A stretch of 48,327 nucleotides of DNA from an uncultured Spirochaetales bacterium (GTDB lineage: Bacteria; UBP6; UBA1177), in NCBI GenBank assembly GCA_964614215.1, contig CAZTKP010000002.1:1-48327 (forward strand), in the 5' to 3' direction. Of the stretch, positions 1-8,099 are shown piece after piece. Both the position numbers and the translations under genes were made by a program. Below the pieces are notes generated by a model that saw nothing but the letters and a program-made list of their open reading frames with translations, did no database searches and had not been told where the DNA came from. Each line of letters opens with the position of its first letter. The first letter of the stretch is position 1.

Positions 1-67
1 GGGTAAGATTCTTTTAGCTCTTTCAATTGTTTTACTATCCGGCAAGACAACCTCCGTTAATGAATGA

Positions 68-83
68 TTGAACAATTGTTCAA
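68..83. promoter_or_regulatory. Perfect 16-bp palindrome TTGAACAATTGTTCAA; candidate LexA/Cheo-box-type operator (GAAC-N4-GTTC core)
   Basis: The palindrome is read directly. On the minus strand it sits between promoter-like hexamers (TTGACA at 117-112, 17-nt spacer, TAACCT at 94-89) and a GGAGG (55-51) plus TTG (45-43) possible start of a gene that leaves the window. Its function cannot be shown from sequence. Confidence 0.3.
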
Positions 84-146
84 TTGTGAGGTTAGCAAAT
101 AAAAGTGACCTTGTCAAGGGAAAAAGGAAAAAAGTTGCAACAAGTT

Positions 147-1556
147 TTAATAATTGTTGAAAAGCGATTCTCTGATATTATTCTGAAACACTTTAACGAT
201 CCTTTTTTTAAGTTCTTTTTTGGAAAGTCCTGTGCCTTTAGTGAGCATGCTACCGCCGTTAAATGCGTGGTAGGAATTCATTGCAACTGTGTAGGTCTTT
301 TCTTTTTCAAATGGAGTTTCAACTTTGTAGTGAGCAGAGAGGTTGTTGTAGTATCTTTTATAACCTTTTGGGTCTTTCTGAAGTTTCTGAGAGTAGGTGA
401 GAAGGCTCTTAATTTCCTTTCCTGTCAGTTTTAATGTCACAGGAGTGTTATCAAAGGGGTAGATGGAAAAAAGGTCGTTAACGGTGACATCTCCTTTTGG
501 AATTGATTTTCCAATTGATACAGGTGCAGTGATCGAGATCTGAGCATCTGTAATTTTTAAAAGAGTATTGTGAATAAGATCGACGTAGTCTTTTTCATTT
601 CCTGTGTGAAGGTCCTTTTCAAGTTTGCCGACGATTTTGTTCTTATAGTTTTCGGCAAGTGCTTTGTATTTTGCAGATGCTTTGATTATCGCAGGATTTT
701 TCATTTTGGGTGCGGGTATAATTTTTCCTGTTACTGCAACATCTCCAGGCTTGTAATGGATCTGAGTGTAAACGATGGATTCATTTCTATCCTCTGCCCC
801 GATCATGAGAACGCTTTTCCCGTTAGGAGATTTTACTATTTCCATGTTTTTCACATGGTCATGACCGGTAAATACAATGTTGAATCCGTCAATCTTTTCA
901 ATAACTTTGCGCGAATATTCAGCTCCTTCGTGGAAAAGACCGATTAGAACATCAGGTTTTTCCCTGCTTTTAATATATGACACATATTTTCTGGCAGCAT
1001 CTATCATGTTCCTGACTTTGATCTTATCTATCTCTTCATGTTTTAAAGCTCTCTGAGTCACGGTTGTGGAAAGTCCTAAAACAGCGATCTTAACACCTTT
1101 TCTTTTAATGATAGTGTATGGTTTGAAAAGCGGTTTTGCAGTTTTTGCATCCACGATGTTCGCTGAAAGCCAGGGCATCTTCATTTCTCGCTCAATCTTG
1201 CGGTAGACGGCTTCTCCCGCCTCAGTATCGTGATTCCCCACAGTCGCCGCATCATATTTGAGAAAGTTGAGAACAAAAGATGTTGGATTCTCGATGTCGG
1301 TTTTAACATAGTTGAAGTAGTAAGTGTCGGCAGTTCCCTGAAAAATGTCACCATTATCAAGAAGAACAAGGTTGGGATTCTCTTTTCTAGTCTTTTCAAT
1401 GAAAAAAGCAGTCTGAGCCAGCGAATTTTCATTTTCAGCAGTGTTGAAAAAAGTTCCGTGCATGTCAGTCGTCATGATCACCGGAATTATGATCTCCTTT
1501 TTCGTGCATGAAACAAGGATAAAGACAAGACTGATAAAAAGAATGCGTAACTTCAT
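147..1556 (-). CDS. Lipoprotein of the 5'-nucleotidase / 2',3'-cyclic phosphodiesterase family (calcineurin-like metallophosphoesterase plus 5'-nucleotidase C-terminal domain)
   Basis: 469-aa ORF. Signal peptide with lipobox (LVSC). Metallophosphoesterase motifs are in the canonical order: DMHG, GDIFQG, GNHD, GHDH. Length fits the UshA/YfkN-like family. Confidence 0.85.
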   Translation of the reverse strand: MKLRILFISLVFILVSCTKKEIIIPVIMTTDMHGTFFNTAENENSLAQTAFFIEKTRKENPNLVLLDNGDIFQGTADTYYFNYVKTDIENPTSFVLNFLKYDAATVGNHDTEAGEAVYRKIEREMKMPWLSANIVDAKTAKPLFKPYTIIKRKGVKIAVLGLSTTVTQRALKHEEIDKIKVRNMIDAARKYVSYIKSREKPDVLIGLFHEGAEYSRKVIEKIDGFNIVFTGHDHVKNMEIVKSPNGKSVLMIGAEDRNESIVYTQIHYKPGDVAVTGKIIPAPKMKNPAIIKASAKYKALAENYKNKIVGKLEKDLHTGNEKDYVDLIHNTLLKITDAQISITAPVSIGKSIPKGDVTVNDLFSIYPFDNTPVTLKLTGKEIKSLLTYSQKLQKDPKGYKRYYNNLSAHYKVETPFEKEKTYTVAMNSYHAFNGGSMLTKGTGLSKKELKKRIVKVFQNNIRESLFNNY

Positions 1557-1610
1557 GAGAACTCCGTAAAAACTACGAGAAAAGTAGCATGATTGGGAGA
1601 AGAAATCAAT

Positions 1611-1648
1611 AACTCACCCTAAATCCCTCTCTTTTAAAATAGAGGGAC
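1611..1648. repeat. REP-like palindromic intergenic element (AACTCACCC head plus TCCCTCT/AGAGGGA hairpin)
   Basis: AACTCACCC at 1611-1619. The 7-bp stem is 1624-1630 / 1641-1647. Units with the same architecture occur at 44096-44197, 46923-46954 and 48124-48204. Confidence 0.5.
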
Positions 1649-1762
1649 TTTATAGAAACTAAGATTTTAATAATTAATGAAGTAATCCTTTATTTTCTTT
1701 AGTTCGGTTTGTTGTTTGATATAATCTAATCTGGAATTAACCAATATTGAAAGAGGTTCGTT

Positions 1763-2131
1763 ATGAAAAAGCTGTTCGTTTTAGTAGTTGGGTTTCTAAC
1801 TGTTTTTCTTTATTCCTGCGGAGGAGATGAAAGAGATAACTCCATTGAGGCAAGTTGCCGTATATATTGCGAGAAACAGACTGATTGTTTTGATGATAGA
1901 GATGAGGAAGATTGTACTGATTCATGCGTAAAAGACTGGCAGAATCAAATTGATTCAGAGAAAGTTTCTGACTCTGAAGAGTGCAAAGATGCTTTTGCTG
2001 ACTGGGCTGAATGTATGGATTCTCTGGTTTGTGATGATTATAGAAACGAAGGGAATAACTGTGGTGAAGAATACGAATGTCAATGTGACGATGAGTTGGC
2101 TTTTATGAACTCTGTTTGTCCTGTGAAGTAG
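1763..2131 (+). CDS. Small acidic cysteine-rich lipoprotein, unknown function
   Basis: 122-aa ORF. Signal peptide with lipobox (LYSC). There are 12 further Cys in about 100 mature residues, and the protein is very D/E-rich. I recognise no family. Confidence 0.7.
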   Translation: MKKLFVLVVGFLTVFLYSCGGDERDNSIEASCRIYCEKQTDCFDDRDEEDCTDSCVKDWQNQIDSEKVSDSEECKDAFADWAECMDSLVCDDYRNEGNNCGEEYECQCDDELAFMNSVCPVK

Positions 2132-2249
2132 AAAAACCCTGCAAAGTCTAGCAGGATTTATATTATAAAAGTTGCAGGTCTTAACCTGACATTGTTGACC
2201 ATCACAATTAATCATGTAAAATCACATCCGGACTATTTGCGGGGATACG

Positions 2250-4112
2250 ATGCTTCTACTTAGTGATATTTCAAAACAGTATGCGGGTCAGACAATTTTC
2301 AATCATGTGACAGTGCCTCTTTCAAAGAACAGGACAGCTCTTGTGGGGAAAAACGGTTCAGGAAAATCAACGTTAATGAAGATCGTGGCAGGTCTTGAAT
2401 ATGCAGACGGCGGAGAGATAACTACAAAGAAAAACACGGTGATAGAATACCTTCCGCAGCAGGCGGTCTATGATTTTCCGGGAACTGTCTACGAAGAGGT
2501 TTCAGCCTGGCTTAATTCAGACAGGTTTAATCAGCTTAGTGCGCGGGAAGCTGAGATAATACAGATACTTGAAGGCAACTCTAATCCAGGTGATGCAATT
2601 CTTGAAGAGCTTGCGGAAGTTGTCGAGGAGCTTCATAGTCTCGATGTGAAAAAGAAGACGAAAAACTCTGTCGAGAACGTTCTTCTTAATCTGGGGTTTG
2701 CAAAAGAAGACTGGGACAGACCTGCAAAAACTCTTAGCGGCGGCTGGCAGATGAGAATTGCTCTGGCAAGGGTTCTTGTCCGGGAGCCGGACATAATTCT
2801 TCTTGATGAGCCTACGAACTATCTTGATATTGCCACAATTGATTTTCTTGCCGAGTGGATGCTTAGATTTGAAGGTCAGGTCCTTCTTGTTTCCCACGAC
2901 AGGGATTTTCTGAACCGTGTCGTTGAAGAAACATGGGAAGTTTTTGCCGGCAGAGTGGACATATATCGCGGAAATTATGATTTCTATCTTGTTGAAAAGG
3001 AACAGAGGATTAAAGTTCTAACGAAGCAGAGAGAAAAGCAGCTTGATGAAATAAAGATCCTGAATGAGTTTTACGAGAAAAACAGGTTCAACGCTGCTAC
3101 AGCCCAGCTTGCCCAGTCAAAACACAAGCAGATGGAAAAACTAAAGGCTGAACTCATCGTTCTTCCGAGAACTCCTCCGAAAATGACATTCCGTTTCCCT
3201 GATCCGGCAAGAGGAGGTGAGATCGTTGCTGAAATTGATAAGCTCTACCACAGTTTCGGTGATCTCGATGTCATTTCAGACTACAGAAGAATTGTTTCGA
3301 GACGCGAAAGAATTGCTCTGGTCGGAAGAAACGGCTTCGGTAAATCGACTCTGATGAATATTATTGGGGGAGAGATAGACCCGGTTTCCGGTGAATGCAG
3401 GCTTGGTAAGGATATTCAGGTCAGCTACTTCAGACAGCATGAGATAACACTTCTTCCTCCTGAGATGACAGTTATTAGCTTTGTCGAATCAATTGCTCCG
3501 TTTGATATGATGTCAAAGGTCAAGACTCTTCTCGGCTGTTTCCTTTTTTATGAAGATGACTGGGATAAGAAGATTAAAGTTCTGAGCGGTGGTGAAAAAG
3601 TGCGTCTTGCATTTATCCGGATGATAATGAATCCCGGAAACCTTCTTCTTCTTGATGAGCCCACAACGCATCTTGATATTGATTCAAAAGAGATACTGCT
3701 TAAAACTCTTCAGGATATTGATGCTACAATAATATTTATTTCTCACGATTCCCACTTTATCAACTCGCTTGCCACAAATGTCGTGTATTTCAGGAAAAGA
3801 TGCGATATCATAAATTTTCCGGGCACTTACAGCGAATATCTTGACCGTTACGGACATGATATAATTGAAGAAGAGAAGGATGAAAAAAGCGAAGCTGAAA
3901 AACCAGTAAGCAAAGGAAAAATGGATTTTAAAGAGCAGAAAAAACTGAGAAACAGGATAAATAAGCTCAAAAAGGAAATTGAAGAGATCCAGAGGGAGAT
4001 CAGCAGACTTGAAGAAGAAAATAATTCGGGCGTAAACCGGGAAAATGAACTTTCCGAACTCATGGAAGAGTGGGCCGAAAAAGCAGAAGAACTTGAAAAG
4101 ATAGGAAGTTAG
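2250..4112 (+). CDS. ABC-F family ATPase (Uup/YheS/EttA-like, no transmembrane domain)
   Basis: 620 aa. Two ABC cassettes: Walker A GKNGSGKST and GRNGFGKST, signatures LSGGWQMR and LSGGEKVR. Has an inter-domain linker and a K/E-rich coiled-coil C-terminus. Confidence 0.9.
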   Translation: MLLLSDISKQYAGQTIFNHVTVPLSKNRTALVGKNGSGKSTLMKIVAGLEYADGGEITTKKNTVIEYLPQQAVYDFPGTVYEEVSAWLNSDRFNQLSAREAEIIQILEGNSNPGDAILEELAEVVEELHSLDVKKKTKNSVENVLLNLGFAKEDWDRPAKTLSGGWQMRIALARVLVREPDIILLDEPTNYLDIATIDFLAEWMLRFEGQVLLVSHDRDFLNRVVEETWEVFAGRVDIYRGNYDFYLVEKEQRIKVLTKQREKQLDEIKILNEFYEKNRFNAATAQLAQSKHKQMEKLKAELIVLPRTPPKMTFRFPDPARGGEIVAEIDKLYHSFGDLDVISDYRRIVSRRERIALVGRNGFGKSTLMNIIGGEIDPVSGECRLGKDIQVSYFRQHEITLLPPEMTVISFVESIAPFDMMSKVKTLLGCFLFYEDDWDKKIKVLSGGEKVRLAFIRMIMNPGNLLLLDEPTTHLDIDSKEILLKTLQDIDATIIFISHDSHFINSLATNVVYFRKRCDIINFPGTYSEYLDRYGHDIIEEEKDEKSEAEKPVSKGKMDFKEQKKLRNRINKLKKEIEEIQREISRLEEENNSGVNRENELSELMEEWAEKAEELEKIGS

Positions 4113-4198
4113 CTTTCCTGATCCTAATGACGGAAACAAATCTCTTTCTTTAATAAATCATAATGTTATAATTCATCGGACTTTTAATGGAGGAAGTT

Positions 4199-4939
4199 AT
4201 GAGAAATACAATTATTGCCGCAAATTGGAAGATGAATAATCTGAGTGAGGAAGTTGTTGAATTCTTTAATGAATTCGGTGATGCGGCCGTGGGGCTTGAA
4301 GGTCGTGAGGTCATCGTTGCTCCTGCTTTTCCATATCTGAAAATGGCTGTTGAGATGACAAAGGGAAAGAATGTCGTTATCGCGGCTCAGGATGTCTATC
4401 CCAAGGAGAAGGGCGCTTTCACGGGAATGGTCGGAAGCGAAATGCTCAACGATCTTGGTGTCAAAGCTGTTATCGTCGGTCACAGTGAAAGAAGACACGT
4501 CTTTAATGAAAGTCTTGAGCTAATTAGAGAAAAAGTGAGGTTTGTTCAGGATAACGCATGGAAACTGATCTTCTGTGTAGGTGAAACTCTTCCTGAAAGA
4601 GAAAGCGGTAAACTATATGATATTATTAAGGAACAGATCTATACGGCATTTGACGGGAACCTGTGGTGCGATATGGATCAGGCAGTTGTTGCCTACGAAC
4701 CTGTGTGGGCGATAGGAACAGGAAAAGTTGCAACTCCGGAACAGGCTCAGGAAATGCATGAATTCATCAGAAAGATCATGAAGGAAAGATACGAAAGAGA
4801 AGACACAAGAATCCTCTATGGAGGAAGTGTCAAGCCTGATAATGTTAAGGGCCTGATGGATCAGAAAGACATCGACGGAGCACTCGTAGGTGGTGCAAGT
4901 CTTAAGGCCGATTCGTTTAAGAAACTTGTGAACTACTGA
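4199..4939 (+). CDS. tpiA: Triosephosphate isomerase
   Basis: Motifs AANWKMN, GHSERR and AYEPVWAIGTG. I prefer the ATG at 4199 because GGAGGA lies 5 nt upstream. The ORF track starts at 4187, which is the alternative. Confidence 0.9.
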   Translation: MRNTIIAANWKMNNLSEEVVEFFNEFGDAAVGLEGREVIVAPAFPYLKMAVEMTKGKNVVIAAQDVYPKEKGAFTGMVGSEMLNDLGVKAVIVGHSERRHVFNESLELIREKVRFVQDNAWKLIFCVGETLPERESGKLYDIIKEQIYTAFDGNLWCDMDQAVVAYEPVWAIGTGKVATPEQAQEMHEFIRKIMKERYEREDTRILYGGSVKPDNVKGLMDQKDIDGALVGGASLKADSFKKLVNY

Positions 4940-5673
4940 GCTCTTCTGAGCATTTCCTTTTCTGCCTGCGCAAGCTGATCTCTATCGTTAACACCGGAAA
5001 GTGAGATAAAATCCGATTCGATAAAAGCCCCGACTTTTTTATGAAGCAGTTTTGATATCATAATTACGTCTGTAAAGTAATATTCTCTTTTTGCGTTATG
5101 ATTCTTCAATTTGAACACCGCTTCCACCAGAAGTCTCTTGTCAACAAGGTAAATTCCGCTGTTGATCTCTCCAATTTTTCTTTCTTCCTCATCTGCATCA
5201 AGATACTCGACGATCTTTTTCACATCATCGTTTTCATCCCTGACAATTCTTCCGTAATGTCCGGCATCTTCAAGAACGGTGCTCACAACGGTAAGATCAT
5301 TCTTCTTATCTTCATGATACTTGATCAGATTCTCAAAAGTCTCAGTTTTTAAAAGAGGGGTGTCTCCTGCACAGATAATAACATGCGTCGTGTTGCCGCA
5401 GATATTAGGAATTCCGCTTCTGACAGCTCCTCCTGTACCGTTCTGCTCGTTCTGAAAAGAGAACTTCACGTTACTGAACTCACTCTCGACGAATTTCTCG
5501 ACGGCATTTCTTCCATGCCCTGTGACGATGTTGATATCTCCGGTGATAGGTTTAAGAGCTTTTATGATCCAGTATACCATAGGTTTTCCATTAACTGCAT
5601 GCAGAACTTTGGGAAGATCGGATTTCATTCTTGTGCCTTTACCGGCGGCTAGAACAACAGCTTCAACTTTCAT
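4933..5673 (-). CDS. Sugar-1-phosphate nucleotidyltransferase resembling the GlmU N-terminal (uridyltransferase) domain only
   Basis: 246 aa. The N-terminal signature LAAGKGTRMKSDLPKVLH is GlmU-like. The ORF ends where the GlmU helical arm would begin, so there is no left-handed beta-helix acetyltransferase domain. Its 3' end overlaps the tpiA 3' end by 7 nt. Confidence 0.8.
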   Translation of the reverse strand: MKVEAVVLAAGKGTRMKSDLPKVLHAVNGKPMVYWIIKALKPITGDINIVTGHGRNAVEKFVESEFSNVKFSFQNEQNGTGGAVRSGIPNICGNTTHVIICAGDTPLLKTETFENLIKYHEDKKNDLTVVSTVLEDAGHYGRIVRDENDDVKKIVEYLDADEEERKIGEINSGIYLVDKRLLVEAVFKLKNHNAKREYYFTDVIMISKLLHKKVGAFIESDFISLSGVNDRDQLAQAEKEMLRRAQ

Positions 5674-5701
5674 ATAATTCTCCGGTTTGAACTTTCAAAT
5701 G

Positions 5702-6898
5702 TCAGTGGTCTTTCGGGTCCTGATTTATAGGAAGCTTAAGTATGAAATCAACGGTATCATTAACAGATTCCTTATTCTTTACAGTAACTTCTCCTCCCAT
5801 GCTTTTAATTATCTGCTGAACGATGAGAAGCCCCAGTCCAGTGCCTTTCTCTTCGCTTTTTGTTGTGAAAAAAGGATTAAAGATATTGTTAAAGGCGGTC
5901 TCGGCTATTTTTGGTCCATTGTTCGAAATACAGACAGTAATGTACTTATCAGATCTGACAACAGATACCGCTATTTTCTTTTCCTTTATTTCCGATTCCT
6001 CCAGAGCGTCTATAGCATTGTTCACGATATTCGTGATCACCTGTATCATTTCCTGCCTGTTACACTTTATTGTATAGTCAGGTTTTTCTTCGAGGTCCAG
6101 AGAGAAATCGATCCGGTTCTTTTTTATGCTGAAGTAGGTTAAGTGTCTCACTTCATTGATAATGTTGTTTATATTGTTTGCAGTTATGCGGTGTTCTTTC
6201 TTATAAAAACGTCTAAAACTCTTTAAAAGTCCCTCTATCCTTTCGACACCGGCAAGAGAGTCTTTAACTCCGGGAAGAATGAACTTCTCAAAAACTTCTG
6301 TGGCCGCAGGATCGGTTATTTTGTCCTTAGCGTTGTTATATGCAAGAAGGAACGTTTCCTGATTAGCCTTGATAAAAGTGAGAGGGGAGCTGATCTCATG
6401 GACGATGGAACTGACCATTGTCCCTACAGTTGCAAGCCTGTCTGCATGAATGAGCATCTGAGTTCTTTCCTCGACCTTTCCTTCAAGTTCATACTGATAT
6501 TCAAGAAGGTTGAGGTGGTTCTGTATTTTCATTGCCATTTCATGCCATTTAATGGGTTTTTCGATGAAATCGATACCGCCCTCGGACAGCGTCTGTTTCC
6601 TTACTTCCTCATCTTCAAGGAACATCGCATCGCCCGTAATGAAGATAACTCTGTTCATAGAAGATATTTCAGACACTTTGCGGTAGATGTCCATTCCGTT
6701 GTATTCACCGAGGTTCATGTCGATAATATAGAGAGTCTGTATCTCATCACCGGCAATTTTAAAGACCTCTTCCGGGTTATTGAAATAAAATCCCTGAATA
6801 TTCGGGAGATATTTTGATAATTTCCCTTTGGCAACACTTAGAAAGGTCTTTTCGTCATCAAGAAAGCAGAATCTTCCGGTCGATTTGAAGGAGCTCAT
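5702..6898 (-). CDS. Response-regulator receiver fused to a histidine kinase (REC-HisKA-HATPase)
   Basis: 398 aa. The N-terminal REC has DD, the IIDMNL Asp, and EKPI. H-box is VHEISSPLT. ATPase N/G boxes are NNAIDAL and GTGLGL. The start overlaps the upstream PilZ-like stop (ATGA). Confidence 0.85.
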   Translation of the reverse strand: MSSFKSTGRFCFLDDEKTFLSVAKGKLSKYLPNIQGFYFNNPEEVFKIAGDEIQTLYIIDMNLGEYNGMDIYRKVSEISSMNRVIFITGDAMFLEDEEVRKQTLSEGGIDFIEKPIKWHEMAMKIQNHLNLLEYQYELEGKVEERTQMLIHADRLATVGTMVSSIVHEISSPLTFIKANQETFLLAYNNAKDKITDPAATEVFEKFILPGVKDSLAGVERIEGLLKSFRRFYKKEHRITANNINNIINEVRHLTYFSIKKNRIDFSLDLEEKPDYTIKCNRQEMIQVITNIVNNAIDALEESEIKEKKIAVSVVRSDKYITVCISNNGPKIAETAFNNIFNPFFTTKSEEKGTGLGLLIVQQIIKSMGGEVTVKNKESVNDTVDFILKLPINQDPKDH

Positions 6899-7254
6899 TG
6901 CTCATCCTCCATGAAAGAACAGATCTTTGGGCCCCATACTGATCCGTACTTATCATTGATGACCAGTGGAATATTTTTCTTAAGATAACTTTTTGTATCT
7001 TCATGAAAGCTGAACTTTAGACCTGTCCCTGCAACACCTTCAGAATTCTGACCGTTAAAAACAACACTGCCCACAGCCTTCAGTTCCTGCTGGAGACCCT
7101 GTACTTTGATCGAGAAGTTGACCTCATCTCCTTGTTTGTACTGTTCCTGAATACGCATGAAAAGCCATCCTCTGCTCATAGTCCGGATGTAATCCTTAAG
7201 AAAACTGTTGAATTTCCTGTATTCGATCTTAATGTCGGAATTTTCCATGATCAC
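6895..7254 (-). CDS. PilZ-like domain protein (degenerate c-di-GMP motifs)
   Basis: 119 aa. The pattern (MSRGWLFMR ... G.EV.F.I ... G.VVF ... GTGLKF) resembles PilZ beta-barrel proteins. I could not find an N-terminal RxxxR motif. Confidence 0.5.
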   Translation of the reverse strand: MIMENSDIKIEYRKFNSFLKDYIRTMSRGWLFMRIQEQYKQGDEVNFSIKVQGLQQELKAVGSVVFNGQNSEGVAGTGLKFSFHEDTKSYLKKNIPLVINDKYGSVWGPKICSFMEDEQ

Positions 7255-7338
7255 CTGCTGATTATCAGTTTAACGCCCGGAATTATATTACCAAAAGTGC
7301 CGTTTTGTCAAAAAATGAATAGATCCTGAGCGTAATTG

Positions 7339-7365
7339 TTGATTTGCAGAACGAAAATGTATAAT
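7339..7365 (+). promoter_or_regulatory. Candidate sigma70-type promoter (TTGATT, 15-nt spacer, TG-TATAAT extended -10)
   Basis: Hexamers are read at 7339-7344 and 7360-7365, with TG at 7358-7359. This lies about 40 nt upstream of the MORN gene start. The spacer is short, so confidence is low. Confidence 0.3.
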
Positions 7366-7403
7366 ATTTAAAGCTTTTTATATTGACTGGTAGCATTGAA
7401 GTC

Positions 7404-8099
7404 ATGACAAAACATGTAGTTCTACTTATACTTTTATTCTCAGCTTTTCTTTATGCTGAAAAAAAGCAGCCGAAAGATTCAAGATTAAGTGGTTATAGAA
7501 AGGATTACGAGAAAAAGGAAACAAAGGATGTTCAGATAAAGGGGCATAATTACAGCCATAAAAAAAAGAAAATAGAAAAGATTATGCCTGCGCCCATTCC
7601 TCCTGTAAAGATAGAAGAACCGTCTGAAAACAAAGATGTGAATATAGAATCTCCCGGATACCGGGGAGATATGAAGGACGGTAAAAAACATGGGAAAGGC
7701 AGGCTCGTCCTCAGAAATGGCGATGTCTATATCGGATCGTGGGAAAATGATATGAAGGTCGGTCAGGGAATCTATATCTATTCGAACGGTATCAAATATA
7801 ACGGTCAGTGGAAAGATGATATTATGGAAGGTTACGGGTCATTCGTTTTTCCTGGAACCGGTACTTATTACGGTGATATAAAAAAAGGACAGATGACAGG
7901 ATTCGGGGTTTTTAAATATAATGACGGATCTGTTTATGAAGGTCACTGGAAAGATGGTAAATGGCATGGAAACGGTAACTACAGTCTTCCTGACGGTAGA
8001 GAACTTGAAGCTGTCTTTGCTGACCATCAGGTCGTCAGGATCATCTCAGGTACAGGATTGGAGCCTGAAAACAAGGAGGGGAAAAGTGGAAAGATCTGA
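7404..8099 (+). CDS. Secreted MORN-repeat protein
   Basis: Signal peptide MTKHVVLLILLFSAFLYA. About 5-6 repeats of the Y.G.W..G...G.G type (for example YIGSWENDMKVGQG, YNGQWKDDIMEGYG, YEGHWKDGKWHGNG). I prefer the ATG at 7404 over the TTG at 7383. Confidence 0.8.
   Translation: MTKHVVLLILLFSAFLYAEKKQPKDSRLSGYRKDYEKKETKDVQIKGHNYSHKKKKIEKIMPAPIPPVKIEEPSENKDVNIESPGYRGDMKDGKKHGKGRLVLRNGDVYIGSWENDMKVGQGIYIYSNGIKYNGQWKDDIMEGYGSFVFPGTGTYYGDIKKGQMTGFGVFKYNDGSVYEGHWKDGKWHGNGNYSLPDGRELEAVFADHQVVRIISGTGLEPENKEGKSGKI

Noticed and set aside
105-434. A 109-aa plus-strand ORF at the left edge.
   Set aside because: It lies antisense within the 3' part of the 5'-nucleotidase gene, has no motifs and has a hydrophobic shadow-frame composition.
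7921-8085. An upstream extension of the M20 amidohydrolase ORF, starting at ATG 7921.
   Set aside because: The extension overlaps the MORN gene out of frame and its translation is nonsense-like. A GTG at 8086 with an AAGGAGGGG RBS gives a normal amidohydrolase N-terminus.
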